Shown: positions 39,131 to 52,030 of the stretch, one piece after another
How positions within the stretch are numbered: position 1 is the stretch's first letter
Layout of the letters: each line of letters begins with the position of its first letter
DNA from: Welwitschia mirabilis
Taxonomy: Eukaryota
Length of the DNA: 64,000 nucleotides
Direction: 5' to 3'
Assembly: GCA_051453625.1 (NCBI GenBank)
Contig: JBOZIK010000001.1
Coordinates: 23,977,364-24,041,363, forward strand
Program-made: the position numbers and the translations under genes
The notes under the pieces: generated by a model
What the model was told of the DNA's origin: nothing
Seen by the model: the letters and a program-made list of their open reading frames with translations, nothing else
Database searches by the model: none

Positions 39131-41377
39131 AATCTTATATACTCAAATTCCCTATAAAATTTTATGTAATAATTTTTTAATAATTTAAAGCATTAATTAT
39201 AACATTTTTGGGCTCTAAGGAGACATCATAGTCAAAAATTAATAATTAACTAACTATAAAGCAACAAATAAATTATAGTAGTTTTTCATAAGCTAGACAC
39301 ATAATAGGATACTCAAAATCTAATTTAAACTATCTTAGAATTCTAAAATATTATTTCTAAGATCATCATTTAAAATTAAAAACTATGAATTTTTCAAAAT
39401 TATAGTCCTATCACACTACATTAGAATGACCATAACATTCAAATCACTTTGAGTTTTTAAATAATTCAAGATGTTTTAAAATGATTAATTCCCTATAACT
39501 TAGGATGCATAAGTTTGTAGATATCTTAATTTATATTATAGAAACTCAAATTAATTGCTTACTATTTTCTACATTTATTTTTTAATGTATTTTAGCAAAT
39601 GAATTTTTTAAAAATTATTAAAAATTTATTGTTCTTACATCTTCATATTAGTAACACAATCCTAGACTTACCAAAAACATTTCACTAATTTATACCTACT
39701 AATTAATAAGCTATGGTGTTTTTACCTTATGCCTCTATTCTGAAAATTTAACTTTTATTAAAACTTATAATAGAGGTTTAATAATTGATTATATGATAAT
39801 TTGAATCACTAAAATAATGAATACAGTATATAAACTCATTATTATAGTATAAATTTACCAAATATTACTAATGCAAATCAATTTAGAAAGGAAAATCAAG
39901 TCAATTCACAAAAGTATTTACATTAAGCCTTATGATTACCATGAAGGAGTACTAGCCTAAAAGAGATTTTTGAGGATCAGACTTTATCGCTAATAAGATG
40001 GATCTAATGCATAATAGATAATAATAAAAATTAAAATAAACATAGGTGCCCAAATTTCTTTATTTTAATAGTAAATACCATGATCACTACGTCATAATCA
40101 TCCATTAGTAACCTTCATCACCAAGCATAAGAGGCCCTCATAAAACCCATAAATAATTCCTTAATGTAATATGACATCATTCCACTAGAATCTTAAAAAG
40201 AAATCATATGAACAATAAGAGTAAAAAACTTGCTAGAGAATATAAGTAAGTCTTTGGTAGTTGAAGATTGATGAAGATTCAAGCTCAAGAGCTCCTGAGC
40301 TTTAAGCTTTCAAGCTTCAAGCTCTACAAGTAAGAGAATGAAAGAAATAGAGAGGAAAGAATTAAATGCACTTCTATGAAAAAATGGAAAGTATTTCCTC
40401 TTTACAAGAGAGAAAAGGATCTCTATATGTAGATATACAAAGGCACATAACTCAAGATCACAAAATCAAATAATTAGCATTAATAAGTTGAATTAATAAT
40501 AAGTGATATTAGAGTAGAAAGAGATCATAATTATGATTCATGGACCTAACTAGGGTAAGTAATATTCTTATTTTAATTATCAAGATTAATTACATGCATC
40601 ATTTCTTTATGCTAGATCCTTCTTAATCTTCATAGGCTCATAAATAAGTTTAATTCATCCAAGACATGCATCAAAAAAATAAATGCACAAATCTCAAAAT
40701 TGTCATGTGGTATAATGAGATAAACTCTTCAATTCCAATAAATAAAACAATAAGTATGAGATGAGCCAAGTTCCGTTACACATCTCAAAAAGATAAAAGT
40801 CATGGCAGAGTAAATCTACTAATTTATCATTCTTGGATCTAGATAAGAGTGCATGTACTTATTCATATGCTCATTTGTTTCATAATGCATAAAATCTATC
40901 AATAACATAACATAAGAAATAAAATGTATATTCATAATATAATACACCTATCACATTTACAAAGAATTTAAATGAGTAAATAAGATGTAAAATATATTAC
41001 CATGTCCTCTTAAAGTTTTTAATTTATTAATTTTATTATGTGATTTTAATTCCTTACATATGGGGTTATCTAATTTTAAATGTTTGGATAATTTTTTTAT
41101 AAAAGCATTCTAACATAATTTTTACCATTTTCATGGTAAATTATAAAATTATAAACTAAGGTTAATTTAAAATGCCATCTTATTTTGACGCCGCCTTTCA
41201 ATAATGGTAATTAATCATCTAATTAAAATATCAATATACTTAATATCCAAGTAAATAAGGTTTACAAAACATAACATATGACATCCTTCCCTACTTACAG
41301 TGATTGACTCTTGGGAATCAAGATACATAAAGAGATTAAGAACATCTAACTACATATTATAAGATTTAAAGGATTCG

Positions 41378-44300
41378 GGTATTAATTTTTCATTGTTTCC
41401 TTTAGCTCCCAAGTAGCTTCATCAACACCATGATTACTCCACTTTATTATCACTTGATAGATCTTCTTGTTTCGTAAATTGATAGTTTGTTGATCTAGCA
41501 CTACTTTCGGCTTCTTTATAGTTAAACAATCTAGTTCCACCTAAATATGAGATCAATTTAACACATGATAAGGATCTACAATATACTTTTTTAGCATAGT
41601 TACATGAAAAACATCATGCATGTGGGATAATCAAGGAGATAGAGCCAGTTTATATGCAACAACTCTAATTCTTTCTAAAATTTCAAATGGTCTAATAAAT
41701 CAAAGAGCTAATCTTNNNNNNNNNNACTTTAAGAAATACATGATCATCTATTTTGAACTCAAGATCTCTTCTTCAATAGTCTGCATTCATCTTTTGTCTA
41801 TCTGCTACTTCTTTAAGTCTATTCTTAATAATTCTCATTTTACTTTCCATTTCTTGTAACATTCCTGGTCCTATAATTAATTGGTTTTTAGATTTTGTCC
41901 ATGAAGTGGGTGATTTACACTTTCTACCATATAGGCTTTAAATGGATCCATTTAAATTAAACTATTATTATATGAAAATTCTTCTAAAAGTAGGTACTCA
42001 TCTTAACTCTTATGATTATCTAGAAGACATGCTCTCAAAAGATCTTCTAAATTTTGATTAATTCTTTTTACCTGCCAATCTGTTTGAGGATGAAATGTAA
42101 TGCTCATATTTAATTTGGTTCCTAAACCATTTGTAATTCTTTCCAAAGCTTAAAAGTAAATTTTTAATCTCCATTAGACATAGTTACTAAAGAAATAACA
42201 TGTAATCAAACAACATTTTAAATATATACTTTAGTTATATCCTTGACATCATAGGTATATTTTATTAAAATAAAATATGCTAACTTAGTTTCTCTATTAA
42301 TTATCACAATGATAGAGACATTACCACTTTGATTTATTAGAAGTCTTATAATAAAGTCCATGCAAATTACATTTCATTTTCTAGAATATCATGAGGATAA
42401 AGTAATCCTATTATATTTCTATGTTCTGCTTTAACTTGTTGATAATTAAAGAACCTTGACACAAATTATGCTATATCCTTTTTTATCCTTGACTAACAAA
42501 ATTTTTATTTCATGATTTAATATATTTTAGTTCCTCCAAGATGACCTGCTATAGGTCAATTATGAAATTCAAATATTAGCTTATGTCTAATTCCATCTAC
42601 ATTAGGAACTAAAAATCTTCCCTTGAATTGATAATACCATCTGGATCAATACTAAAATTATCTAAATCTATTGATTTTTCTAACTGGTCCTTTAATTTTT
42701 GATAATTCTCATTCTTTTTTTGTCCCTCTAATATAATGCTAGGAATTTGAATTGGAATTTTGATAATTACTTTGAAATAACCTCATCTACTAAGAGCATT
42801 TGCAAGCTTATTTCCCTTACCCTTATAGTATNNNNNNNNNNNNNNNNNNNNNNNNNNNNNNNNNNNNNNNNNNNNNNNNNNNNNNNNNNNNNNNNNNNNN
42901 NNNNNNNNNNNNNNNNNNNNNNNNNNNNNNNNNNNNNNNNNNNNNNNNNNNNNNNNNNNNNNNNNNNNNNNNNNNNNNNNNNNNNNNNNNNNNNNNNNNN
43001 NNNNNNNNNNNNNNNNNNNNNNNNNNNNNNNNNNNNNNNNNNNNNNNNNNNNNNNNNNNNNNNNNNNNNNNNNNNNNNNNNNNNNNNNNNNNNNNNNNNN
43101 NNNNNNNNNNNNNNNNNNNNNNNNNNNNNNNNNNNNNNNNNNNNNNNNNNNNNNNNNNNNNNNNNNNNNNNNNNNNNNNNNNNNNNNNNNNNNNNNNNNN
43201 NNNNNNNNNNNNNNNNNNNNNNNNNNNNNNNNNNNNNNNNNNNNNNNNNNNNNNNNNNNNNNNNNNNNNNNNNNNNNNNNNNNNNNNNNNNNNNNNNNNN
43301 NNNNNNNNNNNNNNNNNNNNNNNNNNNNNNNNNNNNNNNNNNNNNNNNNNNNNNNNNNNNNNNNNNNNNNNNNNNNNNNNNNNNNNNNNNNNNNNNNNNN
43401 NNNNNNNNNNNNNNNNNNNNNNNNNNNNNNNNNNNNNNNNNNNNNNNNNNNNNNNNNNNNNNNNNNNNNNNNNNNNNNNNNNNNNNNNNNNNNNNNNNNN
43501 NNNNNNNNNNNNNNNNNNNNNNNNNNNNNNNNNNNNNNNNNNNNNNNNNNNNNNNNNNNNNNNNNNNNNNNNNNNNNNNNNNNNNNNNNTAAAGTCAAAA
43601 TTACATATAAATTCCATCCACCTTCTTTACCTAAGGTTTAAGTTTGATTCAATAAAAATGTCTTTTAGGCTCTTATGATATATCCAAACTTAAAACTTTA
43701 CATCATAGAGATATTACTTTCATAATTTTAAAGCAAAAATTATTGCATCTAATTCAAGATCATGAATAGGATAATTTCTCTCATGAGTTTTAAGTTGTCT
43801 TGACCCATAAGCTAAAGTTCTTTGAATCATCTGGCATTACTAAGACTAGAGAACTAGTTAAGCATTCTTTAATATGATCAAATGAATAATGATATTTTCT
43901 ATCTAATGGATGTCTTTATTTTTCTTTAAAAGGCTTGTTAACGAAGAATATATCTTACAGAAGTTGAAGATGAATTCATGATAGTACTCGATAAGACTAA
44001 GAAAGTTCCTAACTTCAATAATATTTGTAGGTGTTTTACATTCCATGATTACTCTAACTTTATGTTGATCCACTGATATACATTCCTTGAATATTACATG
44101 ACCTAGAAATTAAATGGATTCCTTCCATGTCAGCATATAATTGGTGATTCTGTAAAGTTTATAATACCATTCTTAAGTGTTTTTTATTCTCTTAGTATGT
44201 CTTGAATTAAATGAAGATATCATCAGTAAATATTATTACAAAGGAATCAAGATGTAGTTGAAAGATGTAATTTATAAGATTCATAAATACTGTAGGAGCA

Positions 44301-46442
44301 TTAGTTAAACTAAAAGGCATAATAGTGAACTCATAATACCCAAAGTAGGTTTTAAATGTTGTTTTATGAATATCCTCTTCCTTAATTACAACTTGATGTT
44401 GTCTAGATTTTAGATCAACTTTTGAGAATACCTTAACTTCTTTGAGTTGATGAAAAAGATCATATATTCTTAGTAGTTGATATTTGTTCTTGATGATAGC
44501 CTTATTTAACTATCTATAACCAATGCATAATCTTAGTATTCCATCTTTCTTCTTTATAAATAATACAGGTGCCCCTTATGGTAATACACTAGGACAAATT
44601 AAGCCTTTTTGTAAGAATTCTTCAAGTTGAATTTTTAATTCTTTCATTTCTGTAAAAAACATTCTATATGGTGCCTTAGAAATTGATTGGGTTCTAGGAT
44701 CAATTCAATGAAAAACTTAACTTGCCAAAGTCAAGGCATTCCTAGTAATTCTATTGTAAATACATCAATATAATATTGGGCTATTAGTATATTCTTTACT
44801 AGAGTTTCTCCTTCTTTCAAATTAATTGGTTTTAGATATATCATATAAATTGGTGAACCCCTATTAATTTCCTTTTTTATATCCTTTACATTAATTAAAT
44901 TCTCCACTGTTAATTTGTAATGCCCTTGAAAAATTAGTCTTTGACCATGATTCATCATTTCTACTTCATGTTTTTTACAAATTATAATTGCTATGTTCTA
45001 CATTAACCAATTCATATCCAAAATAATTTCATATTTTTGTAAATCAATAATAATTGGTTGTATCTGAAAATCTCTACTACTTATGGATAAAGTACAATTT
45101 TGAACTTGTTAACTAAATTTGGATATAAACCCATTTTTTAGCTTTATACATCCCTCTATTGGAAAACATAATTTTTCTCTTACAATAATTCCAGAAGATA
45201 TAAATCAATTTGTTGCTTCATAATCAAATAAAGAAATTAGTTCTTTATTATTAAGTAAAGTCTTACCTTCTATGATAGAGATTTAAAATTGCACCCCTTG
45301 ATTATCTATTACTGCTTGAAGTCATCCTATTTGATTGAGAAATACTTTTTAATCCTTAAGGCTTATTTAGTTAATGTCTAGGAAGGTCTCTATTATGTAA
45401 TGGAAATTATGTTACATGATTTCCTTTACAGTGATAGCATTGATATCCATTATACTATTTCTACTATTGATACTAATTAGGAATTTACTGGAAGTTAGAT
45501 CTCTAATGTTAATTACTTGCATAGTTTTGACTAGGAATATTAAAATGTCTTTTGAATGGAGCCTACTCAGGTTGATTAAAATTCCTATTTTTGCTATTAG
45601 TGTTGTTGATATTATTTTTGCTGGAGTGCTAATTCTTATTTGGCTAAGACATTTATGATCGATTTCCCTTAAGGATATGCCCTCGTGGAGGAATTATTTT
45701 CTTAATTTCTTCTTGTTTTTCTACTAGTTTTATTCTACTATCTTTTCCTTTTCTATAGCCTCTGCTAGATTCTTAGGTTGAAACATGGATATTTTAGTAG
45801 CAACAGAACGAAGAAGACTATTAATAAAGAGATTTGTTTTAACTTCTTCATCTAGATGCATATGTAATACATAACTTAATAATTCTACAAATTTGCACTG
45901 TTGAGATGCTATGGTCACATTATGGGCTTGTCTTAAATTGTAAAACTTTATAACTTTTTAGTAACCTCTCCTTGAATATGTGCTTAAATTCCCTCCATGA
46001 AAGTTCTGGATATTCCAAATTGGTCATTTTTGTTCTCCACCATAGGTTAGCTTCTACTTGTAACATTTAAATAGCTAAAGAAGTCTTTTCATATGCACCA
46101 CATCCTGAGGTACCTATAACCTTTTAACATCACTCAGCTATGCTTCTACTTTGGAAGGATTTGAACCTCCTACAAACTTGGTGTATTTATCTTAATAAAA
46201 GTTTGAATTAATTTCCTCATACCCACTTCCTTAGGTTGATTGATACCATTGTTTACTTGTGAGTTTTGACCTTGAATTTCTGATACGAACTACATGAATG
46301 TATTCATCAATGCTTCTAGATTAAGGTTGAATGAGGATTAATTTCCATTATTAGGTTGCTGACTCTGTTGTAAATTATCTTAATGATGATTATTTAGTAT
46401 AATTGACCTAGAATTAAAGTTTAATTAATGATGACAAGGCAT
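41378..46442 (-). pseudogene. Tekay gag-pol (gag, protease, RT, RNase H, integrase, chromodomain), disrupted
   Basis: Start TTTTAG|ATGCCT at 46442, KFVGGSNPSKVEA (gag), LFDYEATN (protease, ~45230), [87 protein letters not shown] and chromodomain LRNKKIYQVIIKWSNHGVDEATWE (~41400-41480). Confidence 0.95.
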
Positions 46443-46586
46443 CTAAAAGAAGGGGAAATTTTTAGGAGATTACATTTGGAAATAGAATAGATATTATTAA
46501 AGGTTAATCTTAGAAACATTTTTATGATCTGAGGAAGGTTTATAAGTTATAAATATGTGTTTTCATTTTGAAGTTATGTGATCATA

Positions 46587-48113
46587 TAGGGGTAAAAATC
46601 TAGCTTTGAAGATTTCACTTGTCAAATCTATTATGCTATTGTATAGATAGATCAAATTGAAGAAAACCACATGATGAAAAGCATCAATCCAAGTCAGACC
46701 TCAAAGTTCATGGTACACAGAAAGTTAAGCTCAGATTTCATAAACACCAATCATAACTGACTAAAGACATTCACATAATTGGAGACATTTATGAAAAAAT
46801 TGTCTACACATTTAAAGAAATCCATGGAAAAGACATCTACTGCATCAAAGACCTCTATGCTGAACTATACCTTGCCACAGAGAAATACATCTAACTTGAC
46901 AAAGACATTGATAGTAAAGCAAGGACCTCACACAGGTAAAAGATGTCTATTACATTAAAGACGTCTATGCTACTTTGACTATTAGAAGACATCTACATAA
47001 TTAAAGATGCTTATACTGAACTGGAAGAGGTAACAAGGACAAATTGTATTTTGATGAATTATATACATCTCAAGGAAGCAATTAAGTTATACATCTTGGA
47101 TTCACAATCACTAAGGGTCAAAAAAATTTCAGTTCAAGTTTCATCAAAATCTGGGTAGTTTTGACTAGAGACTTCTCTCATGTTGAAGACATCTACCTGA
47201 GAGATGTCTATGATACTAAAGACGTCTACCTAAGATACATCTATGATTTCAAAGATGTTTATCCCAAAACTTTACAAAAAATAAAATATCCATTATGCAC
47301 CTAATGCTCAGTCATTTCTATCTGTTTTATAGTGGTTACATCTCTCAAATGGCTATCTTTCTTAAGAAATAGATCAAAGCACATTAAAAGATATAAAGGC
47401 ATAAAGAGAAAAGAATAATGACAACTTCTACATGGATGTTTGGTACAATACAAGAAGCTTTCAGCTATCTTTTGCAAGGAACTATCTATTAAATACATCA
47501 TTCAATCATTGGATCTAACAAGGCTACATCACTTTAATCTTTGACACCTATGGATGATAATAAGAAGGAATAACTCAAGAACTTCATCAAAGATACATAT
47601 TTTTTGGCTTATTGGTTTATTTGATGTCATTATTTTGTTTGAACTAAATTATAAGACTATCAAATTTTTGAATACTCACATTATAGTCCATTTTTTATTC
47701 TCTATCATAGGATCCCTTGCTAGGATTTCATATTGTAAGGCAACCCTTGTATGAATGTTCTTCTGTGAGTGCTTGTAAGCACATTTTTTATTTTGATTTA
47801 TTGGATATCACTAAGGGGAAGAGAGTGCTATGCTAAGAGGAGCATTTCAATTGTATGTAAGGTTGGTGGTGCTTCAAAACCACTATTTTTATAGGTTAAT
47901 AATATCCAAAGATGTGAGAGGAAGCTACTCTTTGTGTATGGATGTACCCAAGTTGGGAAACTACATTAAATATGATAAGCTATTTATTACATAGTTTTTA
48001 ATTTATTTTTAGCTAAATTTATCTATATATTATATAGTTTTTAATTTCTTTTTAGCTAAATTTATTTTTTATTGACCTCATTCACCCCTCCCTTTTGAGT
48101 TCAATGATCCTCA
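46587..48113 (+). repeat. 5' LTR (~1.53 kb)
   Basis: Colinear with 53563-55039. Contains an array of AGACATCT/AGATGTCT/AGACGTCT motifs and TATA GATATAAAGG at ~47390. Ends ATTCACCCCTCCC...GATCCTCA. Confidence 0.93.
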
Positions 48114-48114
48114 C

Positions 48115-48126
48115 TAGTATTAGAGT
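48115..48126 (+). promoter_or_regulatory. Primer-binding site (tRNA-iMet, decayed)
   Basis: TAGTATTAGAGT vs consensus TGGTATCAGAGC: three differences, all transitions. Confidence 0.8.
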
Positions 48127-48164
48127 GGGTACTCATAAAAAGAAGTAACATTCTTGAGTGAACT

Positions 48165-49940
48165 ATGAAGGGATACCATTTGTTAGAACTCCATCCTTCG
48201 AAGGGGCTAACTATGCCTATTGAAAGATGAAGATGCGAGTGTACTTAGATTTTTATGAGTTTCAACATTGGCAAAGCATTGAAGATTGATATTCAAAACT
48301 CCTAAAAACCACAATAGATGTTGTAGGAAATTTCATTACACAAATAAAATCTAGAAGGTACTAAGAAGACAAAAAAAGGTAGGTTTCATGTATAACTCAA
48401 AAGCAAAGAACACTCTTTACTCAGCCCTTACAATGGAGGAGTTCAATAGAATAGCTGGATGCAAAACTGGATAAGAAATTTGGAATGCTATAGTGGGGAC
48501 ATATGAAAGAACCTTCATCATTAAGAAATCAAAGCTTCTTGTCTGGACAAGTCAGTTTAAAAATATAAAGATAAACGGTGGAGAAAGAATACATGAATAC
48601 TTCACAAGAGTCCCTAATATAGTGAATGCTATACATGGCATTGGTAAAAATCTTCCTGAAGCCAAGGTAATTCAAAAATTTATTAGATTCTTAACTCCAG
48701 AGTATAGGCCTAAAACAATAGCAATGGAAGATTCAAGAGACTTCAACTCAATAAAGATCGAATAATTACAAAGTGCTCTAATGGCATATGAGATGAATCT
48801 TATTCAAGATAGTGCTTTAAAAGAGAAGCATATTGCTGTTAAAGTTAGTGAAAACACAAGACAAGTTTCAAAAGGGGAAAAAAAGGAAGGATCAGATGGA
48901 GATGAATCTGAATATGATGTAGATAAAGAACTTGCTCTCATCATAAGGTGACCCAAAAGGCTTCTTTTATAAAAGAATAACTAAAAGAAGGGCTATCAAA
49001 AATGATATGGATTTCAAGCTAGAGGTAAGTCCAAAGGTAAGACTTTTAGTAGTTCTTCATTTTCTTCTAAATATGGTAATTCTAAGTTAGGATATTAGGT
49101 TTGCGGAGGACAAGGATACATAGCCTGAAAATGTCCTAGCTCTAACAGATTATAAGAAAAGGCACAAAAGAAAGAACCCAAGAAAAGAATATCTTTCTTC
49201 GTAGGATAGGATGATGATGAGGATGCAACTGAAGTAGAAACATCTGATGACAAAAAAGGTCTTCCATCCTACATGGGCATTGTACATATCCAAGAGGGAA
49301 ATGATGAAAGAAAAGAAAAACCTAAATCAGATAGTGAAGGCAGAACAGGTATGGAACTTCAAAACAGGTATGATTTAATCTCTAAAGAATTCATTAAGTT
49401 GTAAAAGTTATGTGTAAAATGAAAAGATTACTTCATTCCCATAAATGAGCATATGAATAAAAAAAGGGTTTTTGCAATAGGTCATCATCTAAAAAATCAA
49501 CTCTTAAAGCTGATATAGTAAACTAATGGGTGAATTAAAGCATTTTAGACAATAATCTTTTGATTTAAAAAGAATTAATGAGAAATTTCCTTAAGGAAAG
49601 GAGATCTTAAACATCATGCTTGGACAAGTAGAAGCGCAAATCATAAAATTGGGTTGGGTCATAATGAATCCTCCATTGTTCAACAAATGGAACTACAAAC
49701 TAAGGTATGAGAATTTAGTGTAAACAAATAATATTATTTGTTATTACTGCCATAAACAAGGTCATTATTAGTTTTATCTAATAAAATTCTAAACCAGATA
49801 TTACACTAACAATGCCAAAAGATCAAGAAGTATGGTACAACATTTTTTACATGCTAAACCAAAGAAAACATGGGTTTCAAAATCAATACTAGCTCTGTTA
49901 TCTCAGATTGCACTATGAGCAGTAAACAAATGATATTTTA
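48165..49940 (+). pseudogene. Copia gag (with zinc knuckle), ending at the start of the protease region
   Basis: RTPSFEGANYAY*KMKMR, NSKAKNTLYSALTMEEFNRIAGCKT..EIWN, ORF 48493..48765 (UBN2-like), CGGQGYIA*KC at ~49100, and KKTWVSK...IAL*AVNK*YF at ~49860-49940. Confidence 0.9.
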
Positions 49941-50219
49941 TTTACAATATGTAGACATCTTTACAATATGTAGATGGTTCATAAATTTTTTAACAAAAGA
50001 CATCTTTTGTCAAAGTTGAGGTCTACTATTGTCATTTTAGACATCTTTCTGCTTGTATACATCTTTCAAGAACTATTGTGAAAATAAAAAATGCACACCG
50101 AAACTGAGGTTTTTAACCCTATTTATTCCACAACGTGGTCATCATCTATCATTTTCAATCCTTTACTTATCAGTATCCCTCTCAAATCTCTTTCTAGCCT
50201 ATTTTTCTTAGAACTCTTA

Positions 50220-52030
50220 GCAAAGATGTCTTGGATTCGGAAGACATCTTTATAGCAAGTACAACAGGTGTTCTTTTCTCTTAGAGGTGCTCTTTTTCAT
50301 TAATTTATTTGCATTTTGATTCTTATCAGTTCAATTTTTCCAAATATTCTTTAAACATTATAAGGTTAAATTCCTCTATTACCTCAAAAGATAAAGAACT
50401 AGCCACGAAATCACACAGACCATAGTATGAGCCTCAGTTTTATCATGATTTTATTGCTAAATGTTTTAAAATGGGGATTAGAAACTCAATCATTGCAGAA
50501 TGGACTCTTTTCTTTCGAAAGCAGAGAAAAGATTAGATTCTTACATATTTTTCCTATATTGAATAGGATATGGTAGTCCAATTGAACCAGGGCATTCTAG
50601 ATCCCATTGTCAGAGAATTTTATGCTAACATTCATGAGATACATGACTACACTAGGACATTTCAAATACAAGTACAAGGTACTTCTTTATTTCTCACACC
50701 CAATCTTATAAATTCTATACTTGGTATTGATGATTCGAAGCTATCAAGTTATATGTGCATTCATTTAAAGATATATTCAATTACGACTCTATTAGTATTT
50801 TACGATGTTCAATGAGCAATGTACTATTTGGGCATTCTAGAATGAACTTTTATGAGAATATAGAACATAAGGATATGGTGTAAATTGCCTCTATTCTAAG
50901 CTTAATTAGTTTTTACAACATACTTGCTTGGGATGATAGTTATACCTATTGTAATCTCATGTAGAAGTTTGTTGTTTATTGTCTTCTTACAGGGTTGAAG
51001 ATTGATCTAGGATTCATTTTATGCATAGATATTATTACACTTTTCCAGAAGGGTAAGACTTTGGGCCACTCTTGCTTGATCAGTTTGATTATCAGCAGTG
51101 CTAGCATTTCAATGCCACAAGTAAATATCATTTATCTAAAGAAGCCACTTGCAGAATTTACTAAGAAACGAAGAGTACTATTGTGAGATGATGAAGGCAT
51201 AAGCAGCAGATCATCTAAATCAGAGTTTCAGTGATCTTACTCTATAGCATCTTACAATTCATCATCTATAAAGAAGGGCCTAAAGAATATTACAAAGATG
51301 GTAGATAAGATTGAACATAATTTATTGAGGTTGAAAAAGCACCATTCCATGGCTAGTGAAGGAGAGGCTCGTACAAGCAGTTGGAAATCCATGGAACTCC
51401 CACTTGGACTGACTCCAAGGAGGAATCAGATGCAGAGGCACCTTTATCTCTACATGGTATAGGATATGAATTAGGCCATGTAGCATATATTGATTCTTTA
51501 GATCCTATAAAAGGGAAAGCACAAACATAAGGGGAGTGCTAGGCTTGTACACCAGCATAGGTATAAGGGAAGGACTAGGCTATGATACCGTCACAAGGGG
51601 AGCAGCAGGGAGACTCCAAGAGCTCTAATTATTAGCTCCTCATCTTTTGCAAGTCTCATTGAAAACTACTCGTCTACTATCCAGTCTTCATTACCACCTC
51701 GTCCATCATCACTATCTTGCATTCCATCTCCACTACCACCTTTCATCGAACTAATCCATGTTCCACCTCTTAGCATAAATCCACCACCATCTTTTACTGA
51801 TACCACCACTGCTAGCTTTTACAGGGCTTCCATTACCCCTCAAATGTATTCACTTATGAGGAGACAAGCCTCTCAGGGCCCTAGTAAACCATCTTAGTGG
51901 CTATCTAGGAAGCAACACACATCTCCATCCACATATTCCTCTTCATACACCAATCATACCTCTACCACCCATAGCTACGATGAAGGAGAAGGCATATAGT
52001 ATACCAGTGACTCCACTCTCAGTGATTAGA
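50220..52030 (+). pseudogene. Sirevirus env-like/accessory ORF, disrupted
   Basis: ORF 50570..50815 gives IVREFYANI...IQVQGTSLFLTPNLINSILGI and ORF 50995..51186 gives KIDLGFIL...LGHSCLISLII. A Pro/Ser-rich tail follows at 51660-52000. Boundaries are approximate. Confidence 0.75.

Larger units (their letters stand above)
35078..41283 (-). repeat. 3' LTR of the Tekay element, interrupted at ~35800-39130
   Basis: 35078-35799 matches 55782-56507. 39131-41283 continues LTR-type sequence in the same orientation up to the PPT junction (minus strand GTAGGGAAGGA|TGTCAT). Confidence 0.7.

Noticed and set aside
42747..43678. Long ORFs of 264-292 aa
   Set aside because: They are almost entirely X from an N-gap.
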